59,548 nt of DNA, filler included, from Perkinsus olseni (GCA_013115125.1; 3 parts of 3 records of this genome joined end to end with filler, not necessarily neighbours in it); one strand, 5' to 3'. Positions 39,106 through 52,050 are shown, counted from the whole stretch's first letter. The notes: generated by a model from the sequence alone, not told the origin. Made by a program: numbers and translations.

Positions 39106-39696
39106 TAGCCATCTGCTGCGCTTACCCAAACTCTGCGGATGAAGAAAATATGCGGCTTCTCAAACTAACCCCCTAACCAACCCCTGCACAACTCTATCTG
39201 ACAGAGACAGTTGTGTGCTTGCGCGCAACGGAGTGCGCGTTCGGTGGCGAATCGGTTTCGCGTTGCGCGTGCAGATTGCCTACTACCAATACTCCTATAC
39301 TCGGCTGGCCAGTGCCGGCCGGGTATGTCCCGAGTACCGCAGAAGGGCTTTGTTAAATCCCGAGGAGAGGTCAAACCCTCGCAGTTCTTATGTAGCTTAT
39401 AAACCCAATACCGATCCTCTGGGCTAGCGAGATGCCAGGCCGTGCTGAGAAGCAAGGCACGTTTCTCGCTCGCCCAAAAAAAATTCCCACTCTGCCCAAA
39501 ATTCCACCCTGCCCAAAAATCCTTCAATGTGGTCTAGCGCCTCGGCGCGGCCAAGCTAGAGGTCCCTACGCGTCACCATCCCGTGAGGGTGACCGGAATT
39601 CCCCGGCACGAAGTAGAGACCGATGTGTCGATCACCCCCTGAGGGAGATCGAGGTGGGCGAGCGCTCCTTACTTGTCTGTGACCGTCACAACCGTG

Positions 39697-39796
39697 NNNN
39701 NNNNNNNNNNNNNNNNNNNNNNNNNNNNNNNNNNNNNNNNTTAATTAATTAANNNNNNNNNNNNNNNNNNNNNNNNNNNNNNNNNNNNNNNNNNNN
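39697..39796. other. Artificial contig spacer N44-TTAATTAATTAA-N44
   Basis: Same linker as at 19812. Confidence 0.98.
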
Positions 39797-39864
39797 TTTT
39801 ACTAATTTGCTCTGGGCTTTATTAAATTGCTCTGGGGTTTTACTAAGTAGGTCTGGAAATGGTG
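39797..39864. mobile_element. Right end of a MITE family B copy, truncated by the contig start
   Basis: TTACTAAGTAGGTCTGGAAATGGTG|TA is identical to the end at 55170-55196, with the same subterminal repeats. Confidence 0.85.
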
Positions 39865-40679
39865 TAGAATTGTCGGGCTTGGGCAAATTCCGTAGACAAA
39901 AGTTCCGAGTCTCAGGGAGACTCAATGTTACTCAGACGGTGATCGACCTCGTGAGTCGGCGCTGCGCATCAGTGGCTTCGGCACGCCAGTGGCGTTCTTA
40001 CTCCGTCCTCGTCTCTCGTGTATGCACCGCGCTGCAAGGCGAAGACTCAATCGCCTCCGACTTGTGGGAGAGGCGGCGGCTTGCAGCGCATCGATGTGTT
40101 TATTGACTAACGTACTATGGGACACCGTAGTATATAGTGGTTTGTTTCGCACGATACGATAGCTTCAACGATCGAGATCATCCGGGTATAACCTCTCACA
40201 ATGGCTGGTTACAGCTGCTCACCAACCTTCAGAGGTCGTTGTCCGTCCGAGAGCTCCGCTCTCACGTAGAGTTCACGTTCACGTCAGGGACCCTGACTTG
40301 AGGTCGACCGTGCGAGGGTGTCGCCGGCGCAGTGGCGGTATGGCCATCGACCAGTGGATGGCCGCCAGCCCGTGGCTATGATAACCGGCGTATACCTTGG
40401 CGAGCCAAGTTGGCCTTGACCCATGCTGCCGACAGCCAATCCAAACCATTGAGAGCTATACCCAGAAACTTCATCCAGATATCCGAATCGGCACTTCCAC
40501 CCCGGTGATCGCTGCGAGCCTCTGGAGGTGTAATCCTTGAAGTGATCGCACTCCCGGAAGCGAAGCTCGCGCGGTTTCTAAAAAAACTCGGGCCGAGTTA
40601 CTCGGCTCAAGGAACGATCTGTCGAGCTTTCACTGGAAGCCTCTCAGGAGGGACTGGCGGCCGGTCCTTTGCCGCCCGG

Positions 40680-43641
40680 TGATAACGATACGGTGGTACC
40701 TCACATTCGACGTTGCACAACGCGGAAGTGGCAGGTTTGTTAGGGCAAACCTCAGCGGTCGAATTGGGTTGTCAGAGATCGAGTGGATAAGATATGAGCG
40801 AGCTCATACAAGCTCGGATGAGAGTGGTAGGAGTATAGTACTCCTACTTCGAGTATTAACAGCAGATGCAGCCGCAGCGGCTGAGCCGCTCTATGAGTCG
40901 CTTGTATGTCCGGGACATAATGTCCCTCAGAGGGACTCCCTCTCACCGCTCCACCACGGCGGCAGGAACGGGAGAGATCCGGGCGAGGGAGTGATACAGT
41001 GTGGCAGATTGCCACTGACTGTCAGTGACTGACACTCCATATGCGTGCGCTGAGACGTAGGAAAGTCTTCGCACGGTGTATGTCAGCTTGTAATAGCAGT
41101 ATACCGGGGACCTGATTCGGAGCGTCGAATCGGGATTCTCTCACTCTGAGTGGCGGAGGCAGGTTATACGCGGTGGAGTCAGCCGTGTCAAAGGATAAGA
41201 GCTTCAGCAGTCGCGCGAAGCTCTCGTTGAGCGCATCAATGCTCTTGGAGATGCTGGGACTTTCGGGAACTGCTCGATGAGGAGTAGTTGACTTTGTACT
41301 ACGTAGAACTCTTGATACCAGACAGAGTAAGTAGTATCTAGCGTGCGGCTCTATACCGTTACAGGAGCAACCGACGTTGCGGTGAAGATATTACCGAACT
41401 TTGCTCGGGAGATGGGCAGTCGCTTGCTGCGGCTGTGCCATACGAATTTGCATTGGGGACCCGGGTAAGTCTTCCTGATACTGCCTGCCTTGCAACAGGA
41501 ACGCGTTACCTGGAGCTAATCGTTTCTGCGCACACCCTGGTTGATGTAGAACTGGTAGGCTCAGAATCACACTCGTATTCATGCGGGCGTCCATGTCTGC
41601 ATCACGATCAGCGCGTATTCGTGTGTCGCAACCTACGTCTCGCAGGACTGATAGCGAGGGATCAGCAATAGTCTGTCTGTCACAGGTGGTGGCCGTGATT
41701 GTCAGAGCCGCAAGTTGTGGCTCTTGTTTTAGCCCGAAACACCGACCGGGCTAGACGCATCGTTGCAGGACGCAATAAGACTAGCACACGGTGCGCGGCT
41801 CACTTATAGTTTGGAGGGATTTACGGTGATCGTTCCCCTGGAAGGGCGTCGACGGGGCACTGCACTTCTGCCAGAAGTAATGAACAGTAAGGGATCGAAC
41901 GGACGTCACATAATGGCGAGCCTCGGCGGTAGCGTTGCCCCCTACTCAAATACGGCAGGCAACCTACCGGCATATCTACTGTGGTCGCGGGTAGAAGGAA
42001 TCGTTCTGAACGGTAGCAGTCGAATTCGCGAATGCTATAGCGGCTGTACGCGAACTATTAATGCTACTACCGGGTTGGGCGGCATCAAGGTTCGTCGTTT
42101 ATAGCGCTGATTATAGGATCACAGCCGGGTATGAATCGGGTAGGAATTGGTACACCCTGATTCACATTCCTCCGTTGAACTAGGCGTGTCCGCATTCGAG
42201 CAGCGCGTCGTCGTGTGTCAAAGATCGCGTCCCGCAGGACCACTGGCGAGAGAGCGGTGTCGCCATGAGGGTTCCTAGCGACGTCATCGGTGGACCCCGT
42301 GAGGACCAACCGGGCGCACCGCATGACGGCGCAAGGTTCGGAAGTAACCCACTCTTGGCTCAGTGTCAGGGCAACGTGCCCTGACCCATTAGGGACAGGA
42401 CTCCTGTCACAGGAGGGAGGGTTGGCTATGAGTCACGGTTTGCGGCGTTCGGTTAGGTCGCTAGAGTTCGTCACCGGAAAGGTGACCTGCCGCGGGAGGG
42501 ACGGGTGTGTGAGCGTATGGTGCGATGGTCGCTCCTGATCGCACAAAGGCAACAGGCAACACTGCAGTGGTCCTGATGGAGTGATAGTGAGAGTTTCTAG
42601 GAGGTGCGAGGCATCACCTCAGGTGATTCACCTGACCGGCATGACAACCTGTAGTTGACACAGAGAGCAGTGGTGACTGCTAGGTGCGAGCGGGGATCCG
42701 TCCATCTGACGGACTGTGTGAGATAGTGGTGATAGGCAGAGCGGTCACCGTTGCGGGGTGTGGACTGGAGTATGTGATGGGACGACGCGGGGTCACCGTC
42801 GCTACGGGTATCCGTCAAGAGGATCGGTGTCCGTCAAGAGGACCATACGCCGTCATGGTTCTCGTCACGGACGCCTCCTTTCGAGGTTACAAACGAAGTT
42901 GGATAAAACGGACGCGTAGCTGTCACGTCTCGAGGGTACATTTCGTACGGGGTCTCGACGAGACCGTCTCGTACTATGCGGGACACGCGGTTCGTAGTGG
43001 CATGAGACTCAAGCGAGGGTGAGAGGGCCTCTATCCCGTTAGACGCGGGTTTGTGCGAGTTGGGGGGACTAGAGATGAGATGACTGTGTGGTCAACACGC
43101 GAGTAGCTATCCCACTACAGTCACGCTCAACCTCTGGTCTGTATTGCCAAACTCAGGCCCCGGTTTTCGGGCCGCGGGTTTGAGGTTTGGTCAATACCTC
43201 TCCCATCCCCAGCGTCTATGGGATTTCTATTGGAGAGAAATACGGCACGGTTTCTTGGAGGAGAAATCGATTAGCTGGGGATAGAACCCTGGCTTATCGT
43301 CGAATTGGTTGGATATCGGGCGTGCGCTAAGTTGGATTCGGGCATGAAACGCATGAATGGTGCGGAGGTAGGAATCCTTCGGAAGCTCCAGGCACGGCTT
43401 CGCATCGTGTTGTTGAGCTAATGGTGCCCTTCGGCACTGATTTTTTTTTCTTTCTCAAAATAATCCCTTGATGTTGGGGGACTAGAGATGAGATGACTGT
43501 GTGGTCAACACGCGAGTAGCTATCCCACTACAGTCACGCTCAACCTCTGGTCTGTATTGCCAAACTCAGGCCCCGGTTTTCGGGCCGCGGGTTTGAGGTT
43601 TGGTCAATACCTCTCCCATCCCCAGCGTCTATGGGATTTCT
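40680..43641 (+). mobile_element. Decayed tyrosine-recombinase (DIRS-order, PAT/Ngaro-like) retrotransposon remnant
   Basis: Degenerate motifs in the order RT-like (DVGKSSHGV, TRYLELIV), RNase H-like (VRTNRAHRMT) and YR-like (GIRPSD, RCP, YAGHAVRSG), followed by a B-A-B repeat end. Confidence 0.45.
43059..43641 (+). repeat. 170 bp direct repeat pair (43059-43228 and 43473-43641) with a 244 bp spacer
   Basis: Copies are identical except for a G6/G5 run. Each contains stems tgactgt..acagtca and gtattg-ccaaac..gtttgg-t-caatac. Confidence 0.95.
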
Positions 43642-44566
43642 CTCCTAAGAAACTGTCGGATTTCTTAGAGAAATCGAGCCACAGCCTGTGGCCTGTGTTC
43701 CATTACTCAGCTTCTAATCTTTGAGAGTTATTCATCAGTAACATCACTTTATTACGGCCATGCTTGCTTTCCAAGTCTACGACTTAGAAACTGATATTCA
43801 ACGCGGCGATATTAGAGGGATGTTTCCCCTAGGAGAAGAGTGATCATTAGACCGTCAAATTTTGACGAATATCGCCATCCGTTATTTATCTCAGGATACT
43901 TGAGTTTGGCTACGACTGAGCCGTTTTGATGTTTAGTAGTGCTGTGCTTGCCATTAGCAAGTTGCCATCAAAAGGTCGCCAGAGCGATGCTGACGGTTGC
44001 CAACTGTCGGTTGGCAATTCACAAAGCTTTCTCCCTCGACGAGTTTGTAAGCCGCAGGGGAGCTGGTTCGAACCGGTTTACGCTCCTCTCAAGAGATCAG
44101 CGTTGAGGACCTTAAGGATTCCCAACAAACGGATGCTAAATTAGCATTGCTAATTTGGGATTCCTAGATTCGTACAATCTTTAAGAACTCGTGTCTTTTT
44201 TGGGAGATATCCTGCTACGAAAATGAACAACCCACTTAGGCTGGAGTCAAATCGCAAATGAGATTGAATCACTCATGTTGAATTCTCGATTCCTAAACCC
44301 TCACAGCGCGTCGATTCGCAGTGAATCTATCTGCTAAGATCAATTCGGCAGCGCCGATTTCTGTTTCGTACTTTCGATTATCTACCGCAGTCGCATCCGC
44401 AACCCCGAGACGCAGCATTTTTTGAGACATCCACAGGGGTTCGCTCACTCCCATACTGACACTACTGCAGAATCCGAGAGGGAGCTCCGTCGCCTGCATC
44501 AGAGGTCTGATACATATTCGGGTAGTTTCGACTGCTGAGATTTAAACCCTCACCCCCCAAAGCTTA

Positions 44567-45998
44567 ATGACTCTCTCAAGCGACAGTCCAATCAACCGTG
44601 CAACAGGAGGAGCAACAACGAGGCCAACGAAGTACTTCATTATTCTCACACTCGCCTTGATAGCGGCCATCGGCATCATCAAGATGATGCCTGTGAGTTC
44701 TGCTCCCTCTCGGACAGCAAATTCCATCTCTGCCTATTAGGTTTCGATTATTCGTCTGAGTTCGTCATCGCCTACGTTGAATCATACACGCCAACAAAGT
44801 GAGTTGGATCTATTACCGGTGTCGACTCTTATACGGATTGAACCTGGAGATCCTCTCATCACAAAAATTCCATACTGTTGCCCCTTGCACCGTAACCGCG
44901 TCGTTGTCCGAGCGCGGCATCTAGCTTTGTATCCTATTAGATACTGCAGTCCTCGCGCGAGAGCTCGGCCCTGTGGTTGCGATGACGAATTCTGGCAATC
45001 TCGACTTCGCTACGAATTGGGTGAATTCTCTCCGAAGGGTGGGGGTCCGAGAGTGGATCATATTTGCTACTGATGATCAAACGGTTGCGCAACTACAGAA
45101 ACGTGTGGGCTCGGCTGACGCCACAAAGATTCGTCGGATGCCTGAATCTGTCTACAGCGGAAAGAGTGATAAACAACACCATCAATACAGAAGTGCTGGA
45201 TGGACAGAGATGATGCATTCTGTCCCTCGCCTGCTCCGCTGGCTCGTGTTTGAAGAGATCAAGGGGCCAGCTCTCTACAGCGACACAGATATCGTCTGGC
45301 TCGAGCACCCATACTCAGCCTTCCCTGCTGACTTGAGAAGGTGCCATCCGACAGAGTCAATCGATCTCTCTGCCCATTGTATCCTTCTCAGGTTCGATTT
45401 GGTAGCCTCAGTGGATGGTAGAGTATTCGAAGATAACCCTACTGAGTGCCCAGAGGACGGCAGCTTCTGTGGCGGCCTTATGTATTTGCAGCACAGCGAT
45501 CGAATCGCGAAACTGCTCGATGATTGGGAAATCGAGATCACGAAATCCGTAAGTGTCCGGCAGAATTGGTCATGTTTTCATCGGCTCTGCCAAAGTATCT
45601 TAGCCGGTCGTTAGCTGTCAGTACGTGCCGAGGTGGGTGTTGGGCCCGATGAGACTTGGAGAAGCGGTTGCGACAAGTGTCCCCCCACTCAGGCTGATGG
45701 GAAGAATCAGCCAGCCTATAACGCCGCTATCTCGGCCAATCGCAAGACTTCTGGCCTGAAGGTTCACACTCTCGACTGCGCAGCCTACGTTAACGGCTGG
45801 CGTGCCTTCTGCCCTGGCATCGTCTCCCGAAAGAGGAAATTCACATGCAAATTCGACTGGAGTAGTTATCAGAATCGGAGCCCGGTGATGATACATGCAA
45901 CCTACACCGTTGGAAAGGACCTGAAGGTTGAGCGATTGAAGAAACGAGGCTTGTGGTGGCCGTACTTCACGATTCATGTTGAGTTGAATAGCTCCTGA
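44567..45998 (+). CDS. Nucleotide-diphospho-sugar transferase (GT77-like), type II membrane protein, about 5 exons
   Basis: N-terminal TM YFIILTLALIAAIGII, FATNWVNSL, DxD motif YSDTDIVWL, NQPAYN, IHATYTVG..KVERLKKRGLW. Confidence 0.88.
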
Positions 45999-46851
45999 CT
46001 CAGGAGTCCTGAGGAGTCTCACAGCTGGGTTATGACTCATAACTTATGAGCATGCTGAGACAAGTTGTCTCAGGCGTCCGCTTGATCTGTGGTACATGGC
46101 CTAGCATCTCGTCGCCGATGAGATTCAGACTCGGTCTCCACTCTGTTTGCGTGAAGGGTCACGGTCATGTCAAACCCAGTCGGGACAACAGTTGAACTAC
46201 ATGGATAGCGTTACACTTAGCGTGTGATGCACAGTTCATGTCACAGCGAAGATAGGTATTGAGAGTAAGTGAGGGAAGGAAAACTTCTTTTGAGAGTCTC
46301 TCACTTTCCTCAAGAAATAGAATCTCGAACCCATCGGGCCACCATGGACCTCCGATTTAGCCTAGCAGGGATTTAGGGAATTTGTTGTACAAGGAGGCAG
46401 GATATCGTCCTGCCCAGGATTCCTGAGGGACCTGAAGAATCCGGGCCTGAATCCATCCTTGAGGACCGAATCCAATTGTTGGATCTCGATTAAGAGCCTG
46501 AGGATCCTCGATTTCGCTCCCACTTTAGGTTCACTCTCCCCCAGTGGAAGTTTCCCTCCCATGGTCCGGGATCAATGACGAAAACGTCATCGAGCAGTGG
46601 CACAGTTGTCCTGGACAACTCGTCCACGCCAAAGGGCTCTCCTGTACCGGTGCCGCAGTGCCCAAGCCGCTCGGAAGGAGAGACTGGCCGGGTATAGTCA
46701 TCACTACCGCGAATTTTAGTGCACTCTGCATGTAGAGCGTAAGACGCCCGTGAGACTTCGAGCGACTGGAAAATTTCCAACGCTCGGGGGCCTCACTGCA
46801 GGATCAGCCAATTTGGCGTCCTTCAGCTCTCTCCATACGCTACATCCTTTA

Positions 46852-48827
46852 ATGCCGCGGCTACTCAAGTCATGCAGTGTATGGATCTCAGCCATGCTCG
46901 CTCGAGGAAAGAGAGTCGATAAGATGGAGCCTGGACGTTACCACGGGAACGCTTCAACTATCGTCGGCACGCTGGGGCAGATGGAAATGCACATCCTTCC
47001 TTCTGCGGACGACAATATTCACGCATGGTTCCTATTCCGTAACTCTTATGAGACGGTGAGGATGCCCCTACGTTATTCGGCAGTCGCATTGAAACGAAAG
47101 GGAGGCACCGGTCCTGTCCGACTAAATGCGGGCAAGTTAGGAATAGTCCTTTCGACGAACTGCTGGTTCCTTCCAAGGCTCCAGATTTACGTGGAAGAGC
47201 TCCGCCGTGTGTATAGCAAGTTCTCGATCGAGGAGGACGGCCCAATCACGACGAGATTTCATATCTGTTGGGCTCAGAGTCATCGGGTTGTCTTCTTCGG
47301 CAGCAGAAGCACAAAAGGACACATTGCCGAGGTCTCTCTTGCGGTCATCATGGAGAGAGACTACGCACGTGTTGAACAACGAAGTTCAAGAACCGCAGCT
47401 GGTAGCATCATCGAACAAAATTTTATCGTCGAGGAAGGCCTCCTTTAATTTCTTCGAGCTTCTTCTATCCCTCAGGTACACTGCACCCAGAAAACCCAGT
47501 AAGAAGCATCGTGAAGACCGTGAGTGAGGTGGCGGGAGCCGCCAATGATGCTTTTCTGTTGGATACAGCAATGATGACAATGTATGAAACTCCATCACAC
47601 ATCTCATCAGCGGCAGCTGGAGACTCGCTTAGGCTGCCGCCCGTCCCTCTAAGTAGGGCTGCTATGATCGAACCAGGACATTACTTCGGCACAACTTCGA
47701 CCGTCGGTACCCTGAAACGGATGGAGATGCATGTCCTTACTACGTTGAATGAAGATATCGAGGCTTGGTTCCTATTTTCTGGCTCGGATGGGAGGGTGAG
47801 GGTGCCGCAAGCAGATTTAACGGGCGACGCGACGGTTGTGTTGCGACGAAAAACGCGCGGAAAGTCTCTACAGACAACTGAGGGCAAGTACCCCACAATC
47901 CCTAGGACGAACTGTTGGGCACTAGAGAAGAAAAATGTGTACAATAAGGACCTTGGCCGTGTCTATCACACATTTTCAATCGGACCAGGGAAGTATTTAA
48001 CTTCATCATTTCATCTCTGCTGGGTATCCGATAATTGGGTTATCTTTTTTGGCAGCGCGAGTAGATGCAAAACTCATATCGATGAAGTCTCTCTGTCCGT
48101 CATCCTGAACAAAAAAGAAGAATCAATGGAGCCAGCAATGTCAGGAGTGTCTACCCGCAGCACTATTGAGAACAGAAGACCGCCCTTGGAAGCCTCCGCC
48201 CTCCTTCGTCCAGCGAGAATTCGGGACACTGGAGCGTCGGTCGAGACGACTGAAGGACAGGTAACAGGATCCAATGACAACAACCCACCGTGGGGTACAT
48301 CAATGGTGACGTTGCAAGAGGCTATTCAACCACTCCCAACTACCGTCATAGAGCCGTTACCGATGCCAGCCGCATACTGGCACCCGAGCAACACGGATAA
48401 ACAACTTCCCGAGACCTACCCCCAGATGGAATCCCGGACAACGTCTATGATCCCCACCATTACTCCTGCGCTTGGTTCGTACTTCAACGAACAAGCTACT
48501 GAACAGCTCAATACCGTGTCCCTCGAAGTCTCTAGTGGAGAACAGCAAACGTTGGATGCAAGACTGATGCTCTTTTGTACCACAACTCGTTGCTCACAGA
48601 GCACCTTGGACCACGAAAAGCCAAAGTACTTCGAGAAGATGTCTTTGAAGAGGGTTGCTGGGTTGGCATTCACTCCTCCCATATTTCGTCTCACCCGTGC
48701 GGATGATGCATGTTTTCTGATTGACCCCAATGGTAGAGATGATGATATGGAGATGAGCGGTGCTTTCATGCTCGCTGGTGTTTTTTTTGAGATCAGCAAC
48801 TTCATGACTGCGACTATTGCCATGTGA
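46852..48827 (+). CDS. Lineage-specific putative secreted protein with three related domains; intron 47402-47476
   Basis: Repeats MEPGRYHG..VGTLGQMEMH..AWFLF..TNCW..FHICW and IEPGHYFG..VGTLKRMEMH..AWFLF..TNCW..FHLCW, plus a diverged third (LGSYFN). Splicing joins ORFs 46750 and 47511 in frame. Confidence 0.7.
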
Positions 48828-50949
48828 TGGGCGCAAGACAGACGCGCTTGGACTCTACAACTTGGCCTGAGAATTGACAAGCAAAAGGCAGTATCGCCCG
48901 ATTGTATCGTCCAATTGCGGTATGCTAATGATGAAGCAATCGCTAGCGCCTAAGGTCGAGCAGGACAACTTGCTGGGAGCCCTTCACAAGCCAGGTTGCA
49001 TCAGGGGATTCGAAGTGGGAAAGTGCTCGGCGGAGAACTGACATCGGCAATAAGGCAGAACGAGGGAGCTTCTCCGGCTAAGCAAGCGAAGACTGGGGTT
49101 TGATAGACCCTCTAATGCAGGTGAGTTACCCTGGGTAAAATACCCATGGGGGACAAGTTAACAAATATGTTTTCAATCGGCAACCAGTGGCTGGATCTGA
49201 TGACATTCAGACTGGTTATGGTCAAGGCTTGGTTATCAGCGACGACTTATCACTTCAATTGAGCAGTTCCTTCCATAGCGGAATGGTTTTGTTTTTGGTC
49301 GTTTTTTTGTTTGTGGGTGTTACAGATGAGACTTGAATTGCGTTGATGAGGCTTCATGTCACTGAGTCATCTGTGGTTGACAGGGCTTGCCCTAACTGAG
49401 AAAACTCTTGAGTATTTCGGGGAAACGGAATTTCCGGGAAATTTCCCTTTACCAATTCCCGGAAAAAACTTGAAACAGTACCGGATAAGCCTCAGCTACA
49501 GTCGGAACTTGCGAGTCAGAAGTTTCGACTACAAACTCGACAATGCCGTTCGGCACCTCGGTTGGCAACTAAGTCGGACGGACTGCGAACTCAGCGAGAG
49601 CTTGCCCATACCTCGCTGTCACCTGGAAGCGGCGCATCCACAACTTGTGCCTCTCTGTCGGAAGAAGACGCTTAACCGAGCGATTGCGAGGCAGCGGTTG
49701 ACGCCCAAGCAGATCTCGGGAGCGAAACACGGAATACGGACCGTATTCCGTGCCGTTACGGCACTGCCGTACCGTATGATACGGTGACCATACATATCAA
49801 GAACGGTGAAATGAAGTTCGCGAACGGTCGCGAGAAGGCCGTAGAAATGTGGAAGCTCAGCACTAAACAGGGCGCTTGTTACAGGGGCGCTAAGGTCAAG
49901 AGACGCGCAGGCGTTATAGCCCCAGTGCACAGTGTTGTAGTCTCTACAACACTGTACACTGGGGTTAGGGGCCCGCTACCTCTGCTACAGAGGCTCTGGA
50001 GGTAAGCAAGGGAGGATGGCCCATTGGGCCAGGCCCATTGGGCAGGTTGAATTTTCTGCCGTTCCCTCAGGAAACAGTGAAGCCTCTCTCTGCTCAGTCT
50101 TGAGTACTAACTATGACGACGTTATACTAGATGCGGTATGTATCATGGAGACAACCCTCGAGAGGGGACGCATATAACTCATTTCTACAATCTCGAAGGA
50201 TCCGCACTCTCATCAGAAGCGGTCCAGGCTAGGTCCAGCTTTCCGTACACAGGTCCGTATCACGTCCCGTATTATACAGTGCGAATGTTCCACTTACTGA
50301 AAGCTGTCGCTGTCGGCGGACGCAGTCGTGGTAGAGTATTGCTATATATTCAAGTATTCATGTAGATCATAATGATCCGATCGTTGTTAAACATATGACA
50401 GAACAGTTCTGGCAGAACTCGAGACATCTCAACGGCCATGGGCAAGGCTTTTGATTGCAGAAGTTCGAAATCCGAGCGAAGCATCATTGGGATGAAGCGG
50501 CATGGCGTAAAGACCTCCGTAAAAGGCCATCTTCATCGGTACTACCACTGGAGTGTTTGGTGATACTATTATCGTGATACCTCATCGATATCTGACGATT
50601 TTATGACGAACATCTTGCGTCGCTGTTATGCGGCCCCTCAGTTGCTGGGCGCCACGTCTTATAAGCCACTTTAGCTCGCGCTCCGGAAGTAGAAGGTCGT
50701 GAGTTCAGTCCTGGCAAGTGACTGGAGTGTTTGGTGGTAATACCACCGTGGCATCGCATTGGCCTGTGACGACTTGGGTCGCTGTTATTCGGTCCTAAGT
50801 TGCTGGGTAACATGTCGCGTAGGTCGCGTAGGCCACATCGGCTTAGTGAACCAGTTGTTCATCAAGCTGATGTGGCCTAATAGGTTAATCAAGCTTGTTC
50901 ATCAAGCTAGTGGTTCAGAACCAGTAATAGTGGTAGAGCGTGTGCTTCG

Positions 50950-52050
50950 TGAGCAGATAACTGATCATCATAGTGATGACATCTGAGTTTCATTCATTTC
51001 CCTTGCCTTTATTCCTCTTCACCAGGCTAGCAGCGGTGTCTGCCAACGTGAAGTAACTTGGCATCGTTGTGCGACCTAAACGATCCGATGGTAGCCTGCC
51101 GATCCTCGCTAGGCGCTCGTCGCGTCCGAGACTGACTGAATCACGCCTGAGCCGCAGGGCGCAGATACAGTCCAATGACCGTCTATCACCACTTTTATGT
51201 ACGTAGATGCTCACGTCGTAAGCCTTACGACGTGATACCGTTCATCGTGCTGGAGGTACCCAATCAAGCGAGTTGTGTCGTGCCGAAATGAAGGTTCGGA
51301 CTTTGACGTACTTTGAAGGACAGCTCTGACTTGGCTTCGTCACGACAAGGGGGATCAGTACGGCACTGCTGATCTCCTGTGGAAGTGCATGGGCTGCGTG
51401 CGTGTCACCATCAAACTTCAGTGATGTCGATTCCAGTGAAAATATTCCACCCATAATTGTGTTATGATAACACTGAGCCGCGATATGTAGAAGGAAAGGC
51501 AGCGCCTTATGTTGGATAGCTGGTTGTGAGAGAATTGTGTGGAGTCGTGTATGACAGAATTGTTCGCTATACGTATATAACTTGTGATTAGGATACTTGT
51601 CAATCAAGCCTGAATGTACCACAGCAGGCCTCCATCATTCGCACAGCGCTGGTTGGTTGTCCGGCTGCTTCCTGCCGGGGCCCCGTTGACTGGTCGCCAC
51701 GCGCACCGGGTGCCTGAGTTGATTGTACGAGAGCGATGAGAGGGTCCTCCACCGCTTTCAACGGTAACCCCTCTAACAGGGGCATCTCGAGCGAAGACCC
51801 TCTGTAGCGATATAGTCTATCCCTTAGGATGCACGTGGGTATTCCGGTCGAGTTCTCTTCCACGGTTGAAAGATTCCAGTTTCATGCGGACTCGTTCTTT
51901 CGTTGACATGCAGCTGCTACTCTTATCCGCCAGTAGTTTCGTCTTGCTGTCGTGGATGGCTGGTAGCGGCGTGAGTCCTCTGACTCACGTACTTCTCAGA
52001 GTCCCCGAAACTTCGTCCACCGTATCCTCGTTACCTCAAGTTCCCCACTG
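50950..52050 (-). mobile_element. Possible decayed retroelement pol fragment
   Basis: Broken minus-strand ORFs; LPFLLHIAAQCYHNTI resembles the end of an integrase core. Weak support. Confidence 0.25.

Noticed and set aside
39160-39185. ctaacccc-type words (also taaaccct near 44293 and 44543) as telomere repeats
   Set aside because: Only isolated imperfect units; no array.
40595-40612. ctcggctcaag (and tcttggctcag near 42353) as a relic spliced leader
   Set aside because: Only a short 3' match; lacks CCGTAGCCAT and is not upstream of a gene.
43422-43472. TRIM interpretation (TGGTGCCC as PBS between two LTRs)
   Set aside because: No polypurine tract, no TG..CA pair with target-site duplication, and the repeat ends ~190 bp before the putative PBS.
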